Below are positions 1 to 6,714 of a DNA stretch of 28,859 nt, in pieces; within the stretch, counting starts at the first letter, position 1; each line of letters begins with the position of its first letter. The position numbers were made by a program, and so were the translations under genes. The DNA comes from a virus. The notes beneath the pieces are model-generated. The model was not told where the DNA came from. It ran no database searches and saw nothing but the letters and a program-made list of their open reading frames with translations. The DNA lies in the IMG/VR virus record IMGVR_UViG_3300045988_070385; one strand, written 5' to 3'.

Positions 1-55
1 ACGTCGTTGGGGTACTCCGAAGTATTGAGCGTCAAGCACTCGCCATGCCCCCCCC
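1..55. repeat. 55-nt terminal overlap, identical to 28805..28859 (circular closure of the assembly)
   Basis: Window start and end match base for base, and both end with the C8 run. The overlap lies inside a single reading frame (C5-MTase), which points to a circular or permuted molecule rather than a biological terminal repeat. Confidence 0.9.
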
Positions 56-475
56 TCCACCGCGAGCACCCCAGAGTTTTGAAACGGAATTAAGCAATGT
101 TGCAAAGTCTCTGCCACCATTGGAAGAGAGTACACCTGGAACGTTTTCCCAGACAATCCATTCCGGGTCAATTTCTGTGCAAGCTCGGAGATATTCGAGC
201 ATGAGTTGGCCGCGCTGATCATTGAGCCCTTTTCGTTCTCCGGCGATTGAGAACGATTGGCAGGGGCTTCCTCCGACCACAATGTTAGCTGTTCCATGGT
301 ATTTATTCCAATCTACTTTAGTCACGTCTCCCAAATTTGGAATATTGGGGAAGTTTTTTGCTAGGACTTTTGAGGGGGTCTTATCAAATTCGCAGGATGC
401 TATAGGCTCCCAGCCTAATGGCTTCCACGCGACGCTCGCGGCTTCGATACCGCTAAAAAGGCTTATGTATTTCAT
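32..475 (-). CDS. DNA (cytosine-5)-methyltransferase, N-terminal segment (motifs I-VI); frame broken at the G8 tract (48..55 on +)
   Basis: Contains FSGIE (motif I), GGSPCQSFS (motif IV, catalytic PCQ) and WENVPG (motif VI). SD GAAAGGGAAT precedes the ATG at 475. After the G run the frame reads GGGGGMASA-stop, while the +1 frame continues AWRVLDAQYFGVPQRRKR. Confidence 0.85.
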   Translation of the reverse strand: MKYISLFSGIEAASVAWKPLGWEPIASCEFDKTPSKVLAKNFPNIPNLGDVTKVDWNKYHGTANIVVGGSPCQSFSIAGERKGLNDQRGQLMLEYLRACTEIDPEWIVWENVPGVLSSNGGRDFATLLNSVSKLWGARGGGGGMASA

Positions 476-483
476 ATTCCCTT

Positions 484-891
484 TCAGAAGTTTGGTGTGA
501 TTGAGTCCAGAAAATCGTCAAGGTAAAGAATGAAGTCTTCTTGTGTTGAGTCGTGAAGTTGTGGCTGATAATCAGCGTGTAACCATTGAATGCCACTGGA
601 CATTTTCATCCACTTAATACCGGCAAGATACACAAGTATCGTATTGTGGACTTTATCAATCGTCCAGTCTGATGGGGCCACAACATCCATCATGTAACTT
701 TTAGATTGTGCTCCGCTTCTCTGCCGGTTTTCTAAGCCTTTCCATGCTGATAGCCATACTCTGTAGCGTGCTATTTTTTGGTTGTCTTGCACGGTTATTG
801 CGGTTTCGAATATTGCCGTGTCTTTCCCTTTGTCGCATTCCACGACGGAATGCATGTCATATGGTGGGATGTCGTTGAATAGTGTCAACAT
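484..891 (-). CDS. hypothetical protein (135 aa), first gene after hairpin H1
   Basis: Long ORF in the operon orientation with its ATG 21 nt downstream of hairpin H1. No motif recognised. Confidence 0.6.
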   Translation of the reverse strand: MLTLFNDIPPYDMHSVVECDKGKDTAIFETAITVQDNQKIARYRVWLSAWKGLENRQRSGAQSKSYMMDVVAPSDWTIDKVHNTILVYLAGIKWMKMSSGIQWLHADYQPQLHDSTQEDFILYLDDFLDSITPNF

Positions 892-912
892 TGTTGTTTC
901 TTTCGGTTGATT

Positions 913-934
913 GCCCCGCCCTTGCGGGCGGGGC
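913..934 (-). repeat. conserved GC hairpin H1 (GCCCCGCCC-GCAA-GGGCGGGGC on the sense strand), copy 1 of 4
   Basis: The 22-nt core is identical to 23110..23131, 26167..26188 and 27246..27267. It forms 9 consecutive G:C pairs with a GNRA-type loop on the minus-strand RNA and has no U tract after it. It lies 11 nt after the stop at 946 and 21 nt before the ATG at 891. Confidence 0.85.
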
Positions 935-945
935 GAGGGCGGTTG

Positions 946-1200
946 TCACCAAGTCTGCGCGAACTGCTCGACCTGCTCGGCCGTGAACGTCCTAGACGGG
1001 TTGTAAAACTCATCGCCCGGCTTGTGGAAGATATATTCGTCATACATTGCGTGGCCTTCATCGTCCACGGCTTGGTCGCGGCTGATAGGCTCGCAGTAGT
1101 GGAGTTCATAGTTGAGGCCGTCAAGCTTGTAGCCTTCGTTCCCCCAGCAGTGGAGAAGGTCTGCGTAGCTGTCTGTCCTGGTGAAGCTGTTGCTGGTCAT
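946..1200 (-). CDS. cassette small ORF 1, acidic 84-aa hypothetical protein
   Basis: The ATG directly follows promoter/UTR module A (AAAGGACAACAAAATG). The ORF is followed by hairpin H1. Confidence 0.6.
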   Translation of the reverse strand: MTSNSFTRTDSYADLLHCWGNEGYKLDGLNYELHYCEPISRDQAVDDEGHAMYDEYIFHKPGDEFYNPSRTFTAEQVEQFAQTW

Positions 1201-1261
1201 TTTGTTGTCCTTTCGTTTGTTTGGTAATTACATAATACAACAGTTTTGGCTACGACACGCC
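1201..1261 (-). promoter_or_regulatory. conserved promoter/5'UTR module, copy A
   Basis: Minus strand reads CGGCGTGTCG-N14-GTATTATGTAATTACCAAACAAACGAAAGGACAACAAA-ATG. The -10-like TATTAT is at 1232..1237 (+ coordinates) and the SD is GAAAGGA. Confidence 0.6.
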
Positions 1262-2053
1262 GGACTCAATCTGAAAGCCGAAGAGGTCAGTTTGCGACTG
1301 CATCGCTTGGGCGAGACTCCGAACGTTCCGTTCCGCATTCGTTGCGGGCTTGCGCGCCTGAGGCGGGTCGGGACGGTATTCATCGTTCCACCGTTCCCCA
1401 TTGAGCCATGTCGCGAAATTCGGGATAAACCTGGTTTCGACATTGGCGCACTGTGCGGCGAATGCCTGCACCTTGGCCATGAGGAAAGCGCTGTTCATGC
1501 CTACTTTCGCTTTACGCCACGCCTTATATGCGGCCATCTTGGCGACATGCTTCGGGTAGATCGCCCACAGTTGTTCGAATGCGTTCGGGTATTCTTCGCG
1601 CTTATGTGGCGCGGGTTCTACCGGTGCGGGTTCGCGTGCGGGTTCTACCGTGGTAGTCGATTCTGGAGCTTGGTAAAGCGTTTTATCAAGCATGTCAGGT
1701 TGTAGTGGCTTAATAGATTCCTCGTCCATCACGACATAGTAGACGTTGCTCGTATTACCCCCATTATCAAGCTTTCGCTTGCTGATGACAATGAGCCCCT
1801 TTTCCTCAAGCCCTTTCAGAGCCTTTATCACGGTTGGCTTGCTGAGCATACTCGCGGTGCTGAGTGTTGCTAGCGAGGGGAAGCACTTGCCGTTATCGTC
1901 TGTCCTGTCTGCCAGTTCCAAATAGATCAGCTTCTCGTGGGCGTTAGAGAAGTGCTTGTTTCGCATTACCCAATGGCGCACAGACATAAAACCTTGATTG
2001 TTTGTCATAATTTTTAGTTTACTCTGGTTTGCGGAAAATTGCAAGTTGGGCAT
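1250..2053 (-). CDS. replisome organizer / replication initiator-like protein with N-terminal winged HTH
   Basis: The N-terminal part (LIYLELADRTDDNGKCFPSLATLSTASMLSKPTVIKALKGLEEKGLI) resembles a wHTH. A Pro/Glu/Ala linker follows, then a C-terminal part (FEQLWAIYPKHV...FATWLNGERW) typical of phage DnaD/organizer-like proteins. The start is uncertain: ATG 2053, 2008 or 1987. Confidence 0.6.
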   Translation of the reverse strand: MPNLQFSANQSKLKIMTNNQGFMSVRHWVMRNKHFSNAHEKLIYLELADRTDDNGKCFPSLATLSTASMLSKPTVIKALKGLEEKGLIVISKRKLDNGGNTSNVYYVVMDEESIKPLQPDMLDKTLYQAPESTTTVEPAREPAPVEPAPHKREEYPNAFEQLWAIYPKHVAKMAAYKAWRKAKVGMNSAFLMAKVQAFAAQCANVETRFIPNFATWLNGERWNDEYRPDPPQARKPATNAERNVRSLAQAMQSQTDLFGFQIESGVS

Positions 2054-2246
2054 ATATTCTTAATTGGTTCTTCTTAAAAAGTTGGTTCTCCTTAAATGGT
2101 TATACTTAGGGTCAACGACGTTTACCACCTTTGTAAAAGATTTTTACAAGGGGTCATGCAATGTCGTTTACAAGGTTATTTAATGTCATTTCCTACGCGA
2201 CACAGACAATTAGACAAAGTCCGCCCATTGCGGTATTATCAAAAAT
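2054..2246. promoter_or_regulatory. divergent early control region with operator-like repeats and a rightward promoter
   Basis: Inverted repeat TTGTAAAA-gat-TTTTACAA at 2131..2149. TTTACAAGG occurs at 2143..2151 and 2167..2175, and CGTTTAC at 2119 and 2166. Direct repeats AATTGGTTCTTCTTAA and AGTTGGTTCTCCTTAA lie at 2061..2095. Rightward promoter: TTAGAC (2210..2215), 18 nt, TATTAT (2234..2239). Confidence 0.55.
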
Positions 2247-2426
2247 ATGGAATACAAAACAGCCAAGGAATTAGCCGCCGAATGGCGAGTAACCCCCGAA
2301 TCGGTGCGCCGGTGGGCACGAATCGGAGCAATCGAATGCGTCCGCGTCGGTAAGCTTCTACGTTTCCCCATTGACGCCACACCCGATTTTAATATCATCA
2401 ATAAGAAAGGACTCAAAACCAAGTGA
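2247..2426 (+). CDS. excisionase-family (MerR-like) HTH DNA-binding protein, 59 aa
   Basis: Translated by eye: MEYKTAKELAAEWRVTPESVRRWARIGAIECVRVGKLLRFPIDATPDFNIINKKGLKTK. This fits the HTH_17/excisionase pattern. No SD is present and the -10 ends 7 nt before the ATG, so the mRNA may be leaderless. Confidence 0.6.
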   Translation: MEYKTAKELAAEWRVTPESVRRWARIGAIECVRVGKLLRFPIDATPDFNIINKKGLKTK

Positions 2427-2746
2427 GTAGGCTGACTGCCGAAGGTGAAATTGAATGCGCATTGAAAGCGCACATCACCCAGATGCAGGATTATGACCTT
2501 GCCCCACTGCAAGAACAAATAGAGGCATTCCGGAAACCGAAACGGAAACGTCCACTAACAGCTCAACAGCGTGAGCTGGAACGGGCACGTAAACGCCGAT
2601 ACTATCAAGCACACCGTGAGGAACGGTTACAGCATGACCGCGAACAGTACGCGCGAACCAAAAAAGAATACCCACGAAAATACGAGGAGCGTTTAGCGCA
2701 GATACGCGAATATAAGCGTTCGAAAAGATTGGAGCAAAACAAATGA
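2423..2746 (+). CDS. highly basic, probably coiled-coil hypothetical protein
   Basis: The GTG start overlaps the upstream stop, with AAAGGA 12 nt upstream. The sequence is Arg/Lys/Glu-rich. An alternative start is ATG 2483. Confidence 0.45.
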   Translation: MSRLTAEGEIECALKAHITQMQDYDLAPLQEQIEAFRKPKRKRPLTAQQRELERARKRRYYQAHREERLQHDREQYARTKKEYPRKYEERLAQIREYKRSKRLEQNK

Positions 2747-3180
2747 ACGACCCTATTCTACTGATCGAACACGGACGACTCACCGGCGACCCTGAAATGA
2801 AGACCACGAAGACAGGTAAGCAGATTCTGCAATTCACCGTAGCGGGTAACGGGTCGCACAAGGATAAGCAGACAGGCCAGTATGTGGATGACTGCCAGAT
2901 TTTCATCCGCTGTACCGAGTGGGATATTAACCGCGCTCAAGCCTTGCAAAAAGTGTTGCACAAGGGTAGTGAGGTGCGTTTGGAAACCGCGTTTAATTAC
3001 TCTTGCGGTACTGACCAGAACGGACAGCCACGAGTGTATTTCGACGCTCGATTCCCGAAGATTACCGTGTATCCGCCCCGTCCGCCGAAGACTCAGCAAC
3101 CGCAACAGCAGAACACTGGTAGCCCGTCGAATTTCGACGATTTCGGCAATAGCGACGCTTGGGGTGAAACCGCATTTTGA
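2743..3180 (+). CDS. ssb: single-stranded DNA-binding protein
   Basis: OB-fold N-terminus (ILLIEHGRLTGDPEMKTTKTGKQILQFTVA), a Pro/Gln-rich linker and an acidic/aromatic C-terminal tail (FDDFGNSDAWGETAF). ATGA overlap with the upstream gene and a GGAG SD. Confidence 0.8.
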   Translation: MNDPILLIEHGRLTGDPEMKTTKTGKQILQFTVAGNGSHKDKQTGQYVDDCQIFIRCTEWDINRAQALQKVLHKGSEVRLETAFNYSCGTDQNGQPRVYFDARFPKITVYPPRPPKTQQPQQQNTGSPSNFDDFGNSDAWGETAF

Positions 3181-3602
3181 AAACCAAAACGTTAACGTTT
3201 AACGCGTATGGCATGACTCCCGCGCCCAAGGGTAGTTACCGGTTCGTGCGGGGGCACGCCATTCCCATGAGCAAAAGGGAGAAGCCGTGGCGTAACCTCG
3301 TGTCCGACAATGCGCGCATTGCGATGAAGCGGGAACAATTCACGCAGTTCGGCAAGGATATTCCCGTGTCGGTGCGTATCACGTTTTTCATGCCGCATCC
3401 CAAGACCGTGAAACGTCATATGCCTACCGTCCCGCCCGACCTTGACAAACTGTGCCGTGCCGTATTGGACGCCTTGACGGACGCGGAAGTGTGGGTGGAT
3501 GATAGTCAGGTGGTTGACTTGGGAGCAACCAAAATCTACACGTCCGGTATCCACATCGGCGCACATATCACAGTCGAAGGATTAGCACATGAAGAAGATT
3601 AA
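3177..3602 (+). CDS. rusA: RusA-family Holliday junction resolvase
   Basis: PPDLDKLCRAVLDALTDAEVWVDDSQVV matches the RusA catalytic Asp cluster. N-terminal F.AYG.TPAPKGS motif. The TTG start overlaps the ssb stop. Confidence 0.75.
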   Translation: MKTKTLTFNAYGMTPAPKGSYRFVRGHAIPMSKREKPWRNLVSDNARIAMKREQFTQFGKDIPVSVRITFFMPHPKTVKRHMPTVPPDLDKLCRAVLDALTDAEVWVDDSQVVDLGATKIYTSGIHIGAHITVEGLAHEED

Positions 3603-3726
3603 ACAGAACATCGGCCATATCATTGGCAGTCTAGCGGCCATATTGGTTCTAGCGGCTATCGTAATGATGATGATTCTAGTGTGCGTTCTCCTGGTGAGAA
3701 TCATCCTAAAGGTGATAGGCTTATGA
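3589..3726 (+). CDS. small membrane protein, 45 aa
   Basis: Translated by eye: MKKIKQNIGHIIGSLAAILVLAAIVMMMILVCVLLVRIILKVIGL, with one long hydrophobic span. Its stop overlaps the next ATG (ATGA). Confidence 0.4.
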   Translation: MKKIKQNIGHIIGSLAAILVLAAIVMMMILVCVLLVRIILKVIGL

Positions 3727-3878
3727 GCTTGACGTGGAAGCAGTTGGAAGCGTTGAGTATGCCACGGAATTCAACGCCGATTGATCTAGATGACCCTGAC
3801 ATTAAAGCAATGGTTGCTGAATGCCGGAAGCCACAGGGCGTGCAAACCGAATTGGAGGTGTTTGACGATGGGTGTTAA
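3723..3878 (+). CDS. hypothetical protein, 51 aa
   Basis: ATG preceded by AAAGGTGA and coupled to its neighbours. The ORF-track version (3681) starts at an upstream GTG with no SD. Confidence 0.4.
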   Translation: MSLTWKQLEALSMPRNSTPIDLDDPDIKAMVAECRKPQGVQTELEVFDDGC

Positions 3879-4242
3879 GAAAGGAATGGTCAACAATCCT
3901 ACCGGGAAAGGCGGGTTCGGTGATCATCCCGAGAACGCGTGTAATGGTAGGTGGAGGAAAGAAGACAGCTACACGTACAACGTCAATAAATACGGTCGCA
4001 TGACCGATATAGAACTGCAAGAGGTCATATTGCAGGCGAAGGGCGGGGAGCTTACGCAATTCCAACGTGCCGCATTGCAGACCGTGCTGGACATGCAGAA
4101 GAGGGAAGGTTGGAAGAAGCTAGTGGACACCGTTGACCGTGTTGACGGCAAGGCGTTACAGCCGGTTGAACAGACGGTTAACGGCTATGTTCCACCCACT
4201 ATCAATATCGAGTTTGTCAAGGGTGATGAAGATGGAAAATGA
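3868..4242 (+). CDS. putative terminase small subunit
   Basis: Strong GGAGG SD 9 nt upstream of ATG 3868. The N-terminus MGVKKGMVNNPTGKGGFGDHPENA resembles small-terminase N-termini. Its position upstream of terL supports the call, although the tRNA island lies between them. Confidence 0.4.
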   Translation: MGVKKGMVNNPTGKGGFGDHPENACNGRWRKEDSYTYNVNKYGRMTDIELQEVILQAKGGELTQFQRAALQTVLDMQKREGWKKLVDTVDRVDGKALQPVEQTVNGYVPPTINIEFVKGDEDGK

Positions 4243-4504
4243 TTTTTGGACTGTGCGAGAATGGCTTGAATTTGTCCAGCATCCAGCGGAGGACATGAGT
4301 TATGCAACGGTTCGTTTTGGCCGGTTCTTGTGGGATAATTGGCGACTTACGCGCGGCTCGAAGACTGTCAGCATGGTGAGACGTAATATCAATGGTGTCC
4401 GGTCTGGATTGATGAAAGCGTACCCAAGAGAAGAGAAAGCGTATATACTCCGTCTATACCTTGTGTGGCGTGAGAAAGATTTCAACCGTCGCTATATCAG
4501 CTGA
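4226..4504 (+). CDS. hypothetical protein
   Basis: The ORF overlaps the end of the upstream gene. Start is ATG 4226 or 4232. No motif recognised. Confidence 0.45.
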   Translation: MKMENDFWTVREWLEFVQHPAEDMSYATVRFGRFLWDNWRLTRGSKTVSMVRRNINGVRSGLMKAYPREEKAYILRLYLVWREKDFNRRYIS

Positions 4505-4522
4505 TTTTTACGATACGCTGAG

Positions 4523-4551
4523 TTGCATTATCGTGCAAGACAATGTATATT
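4523..4551 (+). promoter_or_regulatory. candidate promoter for the tRNA island
   Basis: TTGCAT (4523..4528), 17 nt, TATATT (4546..4551), with TG immediately upstream of the -10. Confidence 0.4.
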
Positions 4552-4645
4552 ATTTCTCGGCAAGAAAAGAAATTTAGCCATCTATCTATATATATAATTT
4601 AATTCCCGTCTAGTTTTTTCCTTTCATTTTACGCTAGACGGGGCT

Positions 4646-4730
4646 GGAACGTTGCGCGAGCGGTTTAAGCGGCCACCCTGCTAAGGTGGTAACTGGCAAC
4701 GGTTCGGGGGTTCGAATCCCTCACGTTCCG
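4646..4730 (+). tRNA. tRNA-Ser (anticodon GCT), class II with long variable arm
   Basis: Manual cloverleaf. Acceptor GGAACGT/ACGTTCC; anticodon stem CCACC/GGTGG with loop CTGCTAA; 16-nt variable arm (ACTG-gcaa-CGGT); T arm GGGGG-TTCGAAT-CCCTC; discriminator G. No CCA is encoded. Confidence 0.85.
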
Positions 4731-4915
4731 CAATCCTAACGTTAACCTAGGATAAGCGTTAGGCGGTTGAGTACACTACTCTTGCAGTGACTCAGACGCA
4801 ATATAAAAGGGCGGCTAGTGGGCACGGTCGATAGTGAGGTAACATGTGCTCTCCGGCCAACGGTTGGCGGTCGATAGGATGGCGGCGGTAAGCGCCAATA
4901 TCCAAGCTGACCAAT

Positions 4916-4987
4916 TTTCCCGTGGTGTAATGGGTAGCACGGCAGTCTTTGGAACTGTTTGTTTTGGTTCGAGTCCAGACGGGAGAG
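4916..4987 (+). tRNA. tRNA-Gln (anticodon TTG)
   Basis: Manual cloverleaf. Acceptor TTTCCCG/CGGGAGA (U1:A72, G73, as in bacterial tRNA-Gln); D arm GTGT-AATGGGTA-GCAC; anticodon stem GCAGT/ACTGT with loop CTTTGGA; T arm TTTGG-TTCGAGT-CCAGA. Confidence 0.8.
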
Positions 4988-5041
4988 CGAGACGCGGTAG
5001 AGGTCAGGTGTCTGCCGCGTGCCATCTGCCTAGTAGGTGGA

Positions 5042-5115
5042 AGGGCTGTAGTTCAGTGGTTAGAACGGCTAGCTTCGGTTAGTGTATGTCGCGGGTTCAA
5101 ATCCCGTCAGCCCCC
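5042..5115 (+). tRNA. tRNA-like gene with an aberrant anticodon arm (cUUCGg hairpin in place of a 7-nt loop); pseudo-tRNA or decoy candidate
   Basis: The D arm (GTTC-AGTGGTTA-GAAC) and T arm (GCGGG-TTCAAAT-CCCGT) are canonical. The acceptor AGGGCTG/CAGCCCC has an A1:C72 mismatch. The anticodon arm is 16 nt, not 17, and folds best as GCTAGC-TTCG-GTTAGT. The variable region is 7 nt. Confidence 0.55.
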
Positions 5116-5226
5116 TAGCCGGTACCTAATACCATCACTTGTGTGAAAGGTTATGGAGTGTATCAAAGGTTTTCAGTCTGCGGCACTGACTGACATGAGA
5201 TTGCAATTTACACTTGCGATAATCTC

Positions 5227-6576
5227 ATGACCATTATTTACAGCCCCTCTAATCGCGCGACTAGAGGGGCGTTTCCATATCTACTAAAATTACGTGTTAT
5301 GAAAATTCCAGACGATTACGCTAGTCTTTTTTGGTGGACTCACTCACTCACCCCGCCCGCACGCTATTACGTTTTCGAGGGTGGGCGTAGCTCCGGTAAG
5401 ACCACTACCATATGCCAGTCGCTAGTATTGCGTGGCGCAGTCAAGCCTATTCGAGTCTTGTGTGCTCGTGAGTTCCAAAACTCCATTAACGAATCAGTGA
5501 AGAAGAGTCTAGAGGACTCTATACGCATGTTAGACCTTGGCGGATACACTATCACGAAAGACTCGATAGAGCACGAAAATGGGACTAGTTTCGTTTTCAA
5601 GGGCTTGCATAATGACCCCGAAACCACTGTCAAAGGTTTGGAGGGTATTGACGTTTGTTTTATCGATGAAGCGCAATTTATTTCCAAGCATTCACTGGAT
5701 ATTCTTCTTCCGACTATCCGCAAGGAAAACAGTACAGTCATTTTTGCCATGAACCCGCTGACACCTAAAGACGAGGTTATGCAACGCTTCGTGTGGGATG
5801 CGAACGAGCAGGTGAAAGCGCGAACCATCCACAAGCACGTCACCTATCGAACCGCGCTCAAGGCTGGACTACTGCCGCGGGAAGTGTTGCAACAAGTCCA
5901 AGAGGCTAAAGGGTCTCCCGACTTCGCGCACATCTGGGAGGGCAAACCGACCGATAACGTGCTTAACCGCATCATGTCGTGGCAACAATTGCAGTCCGCA
6001 GAAACCACCATCATGCCTGACGGTGGCATAACCTTTGGTGTTGACGTTGCACGACTTGGAGCCGACAGGACAGCCGTAGCAGTCAATAGGGGCGGCACTA
6101 TTATCGATTTAGTCAGTTGGAACCACACGCGTTTAACGGACTCGGCGCAGACCATTAGACAACTGGCAGACCGATACAATCCAGTCGCCATTAATATTGA
6201 TGACTGTGGTGTTGGCGGTGGTCTAACCGACATGCTTATTGCTGACGGATTACCCATTCAGCCGATTAATTCCGCGTCACGAGCTAAAGACAACACGAAA
6301 TATCCCAACATCAATAGCGAAATGTGGTTTACTTTCGCTGAGAAACTAGTAGCCGGTGACATACATTTCATTCATTCACTGCCTGATAAAAACGACTTGT
6401 TCGAAGAATTAAGCACGCGTGAATGGAAACTCACGACGAAGAATCAACGCCAAGTGCAAGCGAAAGCGGATTACAAGGCGGCAAATAATGTTGGCTCACC
6501 TGACCTTGCGGACGCTACGCTGTTGAGTGTGTACACGCCGGTTAAGTTGACAAGTTGGGACGTTGAAGTATTATAG
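5227..6576 (+). CDS. terminase large subunit (PBSX/Terminase_3-like)
   Basis: Walker A (FEGGRSSGKTT), Walker B (VCFIDEAQ) and a C-terminal nuclease-type region (GVDVARLGADRTAVAV ... SPDLADA). An alternative start is ATG 5299. Confidence 0.9.
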   Translation: MTIIYSPSNRATRGAFPYLLKLRVMKIPDDYASLFWWTHSLTPPARYYVFEGGRSSGKTTTICQSLVLRGAVKPIRVLCAREFQNSINESVKKSLEDSIRMLDLGGYTITKDSIEHENGTSFVFKGLHNDPETTVKGLEGIDVCFIDEAQFISKHSLDILLPTIRKENSTVIFAMNPLTPKDEVMQRFVWDANEQVKARTIHKHVTYRTALKAGLLPREVLQQVQEAKGSPDFAHIWEGKPTDNVLNRIMSWQQLQSAETTIMPDGGITFGVDVARLGADRTAVAVNRGGTIIDLVSWNHTRLTDSAQTIRQLADRYNPVAINIDDCGVGGGLTDMLIADGLPIQPINSASRAKDNTKYPNINSEMWFTFAEKLVAGDIHFIHSLPDKNDLFEELSTREWKLTTKNQRQVQAKADYKAANNVGSPDLADATLLSVYTPVKLTSWDVEVL

Positions 6577-6631
6577 ATAGAGCCGGTAAAGCTTTGTCCT
6601 TTTTCTTTACCGGTGGTTGGTTGACTGGATT

Positions 6632-6663
6632 AAGCCCCCGCTGAGCGCTCCTTGCGGGGGCTT
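6632..6663 (+). terminator. GC-rich hairpin between terL and portal (weak terminator candidate)
   Basis: AAGCCCCCGC-12 nt-GCGGGGGCTT followed by only TCC. A TATAAT follows at 6670..6675. Confidence 0.3.
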
Positions 6664-6714
6664 TCCTAGTATAATGGGAACCGTTATCAATAAGCCTATT
6701 GAAAGACGGTAACA

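Noticed and set aside
1-55. The 55-nt identical ends considered as a biological direct terminal repeat.
   Set aside because: The repeat lies in the middle of the methyltransferase reading frame, and its length is typical of a k-mer overlap from assembling a circular or permuted molecule. Real termini need read-based analysis.
885-1227. ORFs reading through the GC hairpins and encoding PPLRAGRG / RPARKGGA peptides (885..1124, 907..1227, 23068..23256, 23100..23312, 26081..26311, 26119..26430, 26133..26426).
   Set aside because: The shared peptide is only the translation of the conserved palindromic hairpin in various frames. These ORFs overlap better-supported genes and have no RBS.
4792-5146. 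ORFs 4792..5025(-), 4846..5082(+) and 4949..5146(+).
   Set aside because: They overlap the tRNA-Gln and tRNA-like genes and the structured spacer. They have no SD and their composition is implausible for a protein.
5153-5230. 25-aa micro-ORF (MECIKGFQSAALTDMRLQFTLAIIS) whose stop overlaps the terL ATG (ATGA).
   Set aside because: The GAAAGG lies only 2 nt from its ATG, and the ORF is too short to evaluate. I kept it only as weak support for ATG 5227 as the terL start.
6674-6685. The 12-mer CCTAGTATAATG shared with 22283..22294, and the 11-mer AATCATTCTCA shared between 8974..8984 and 12960..12970, upstream of the capsid and major tail genes.
   Set aside because: Exact repeats of 11-12 nt are expected by chance many times in a 29-kb sequence when both strands and all pairs are considered. 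I cannot show significance without a proper repeat statistic.
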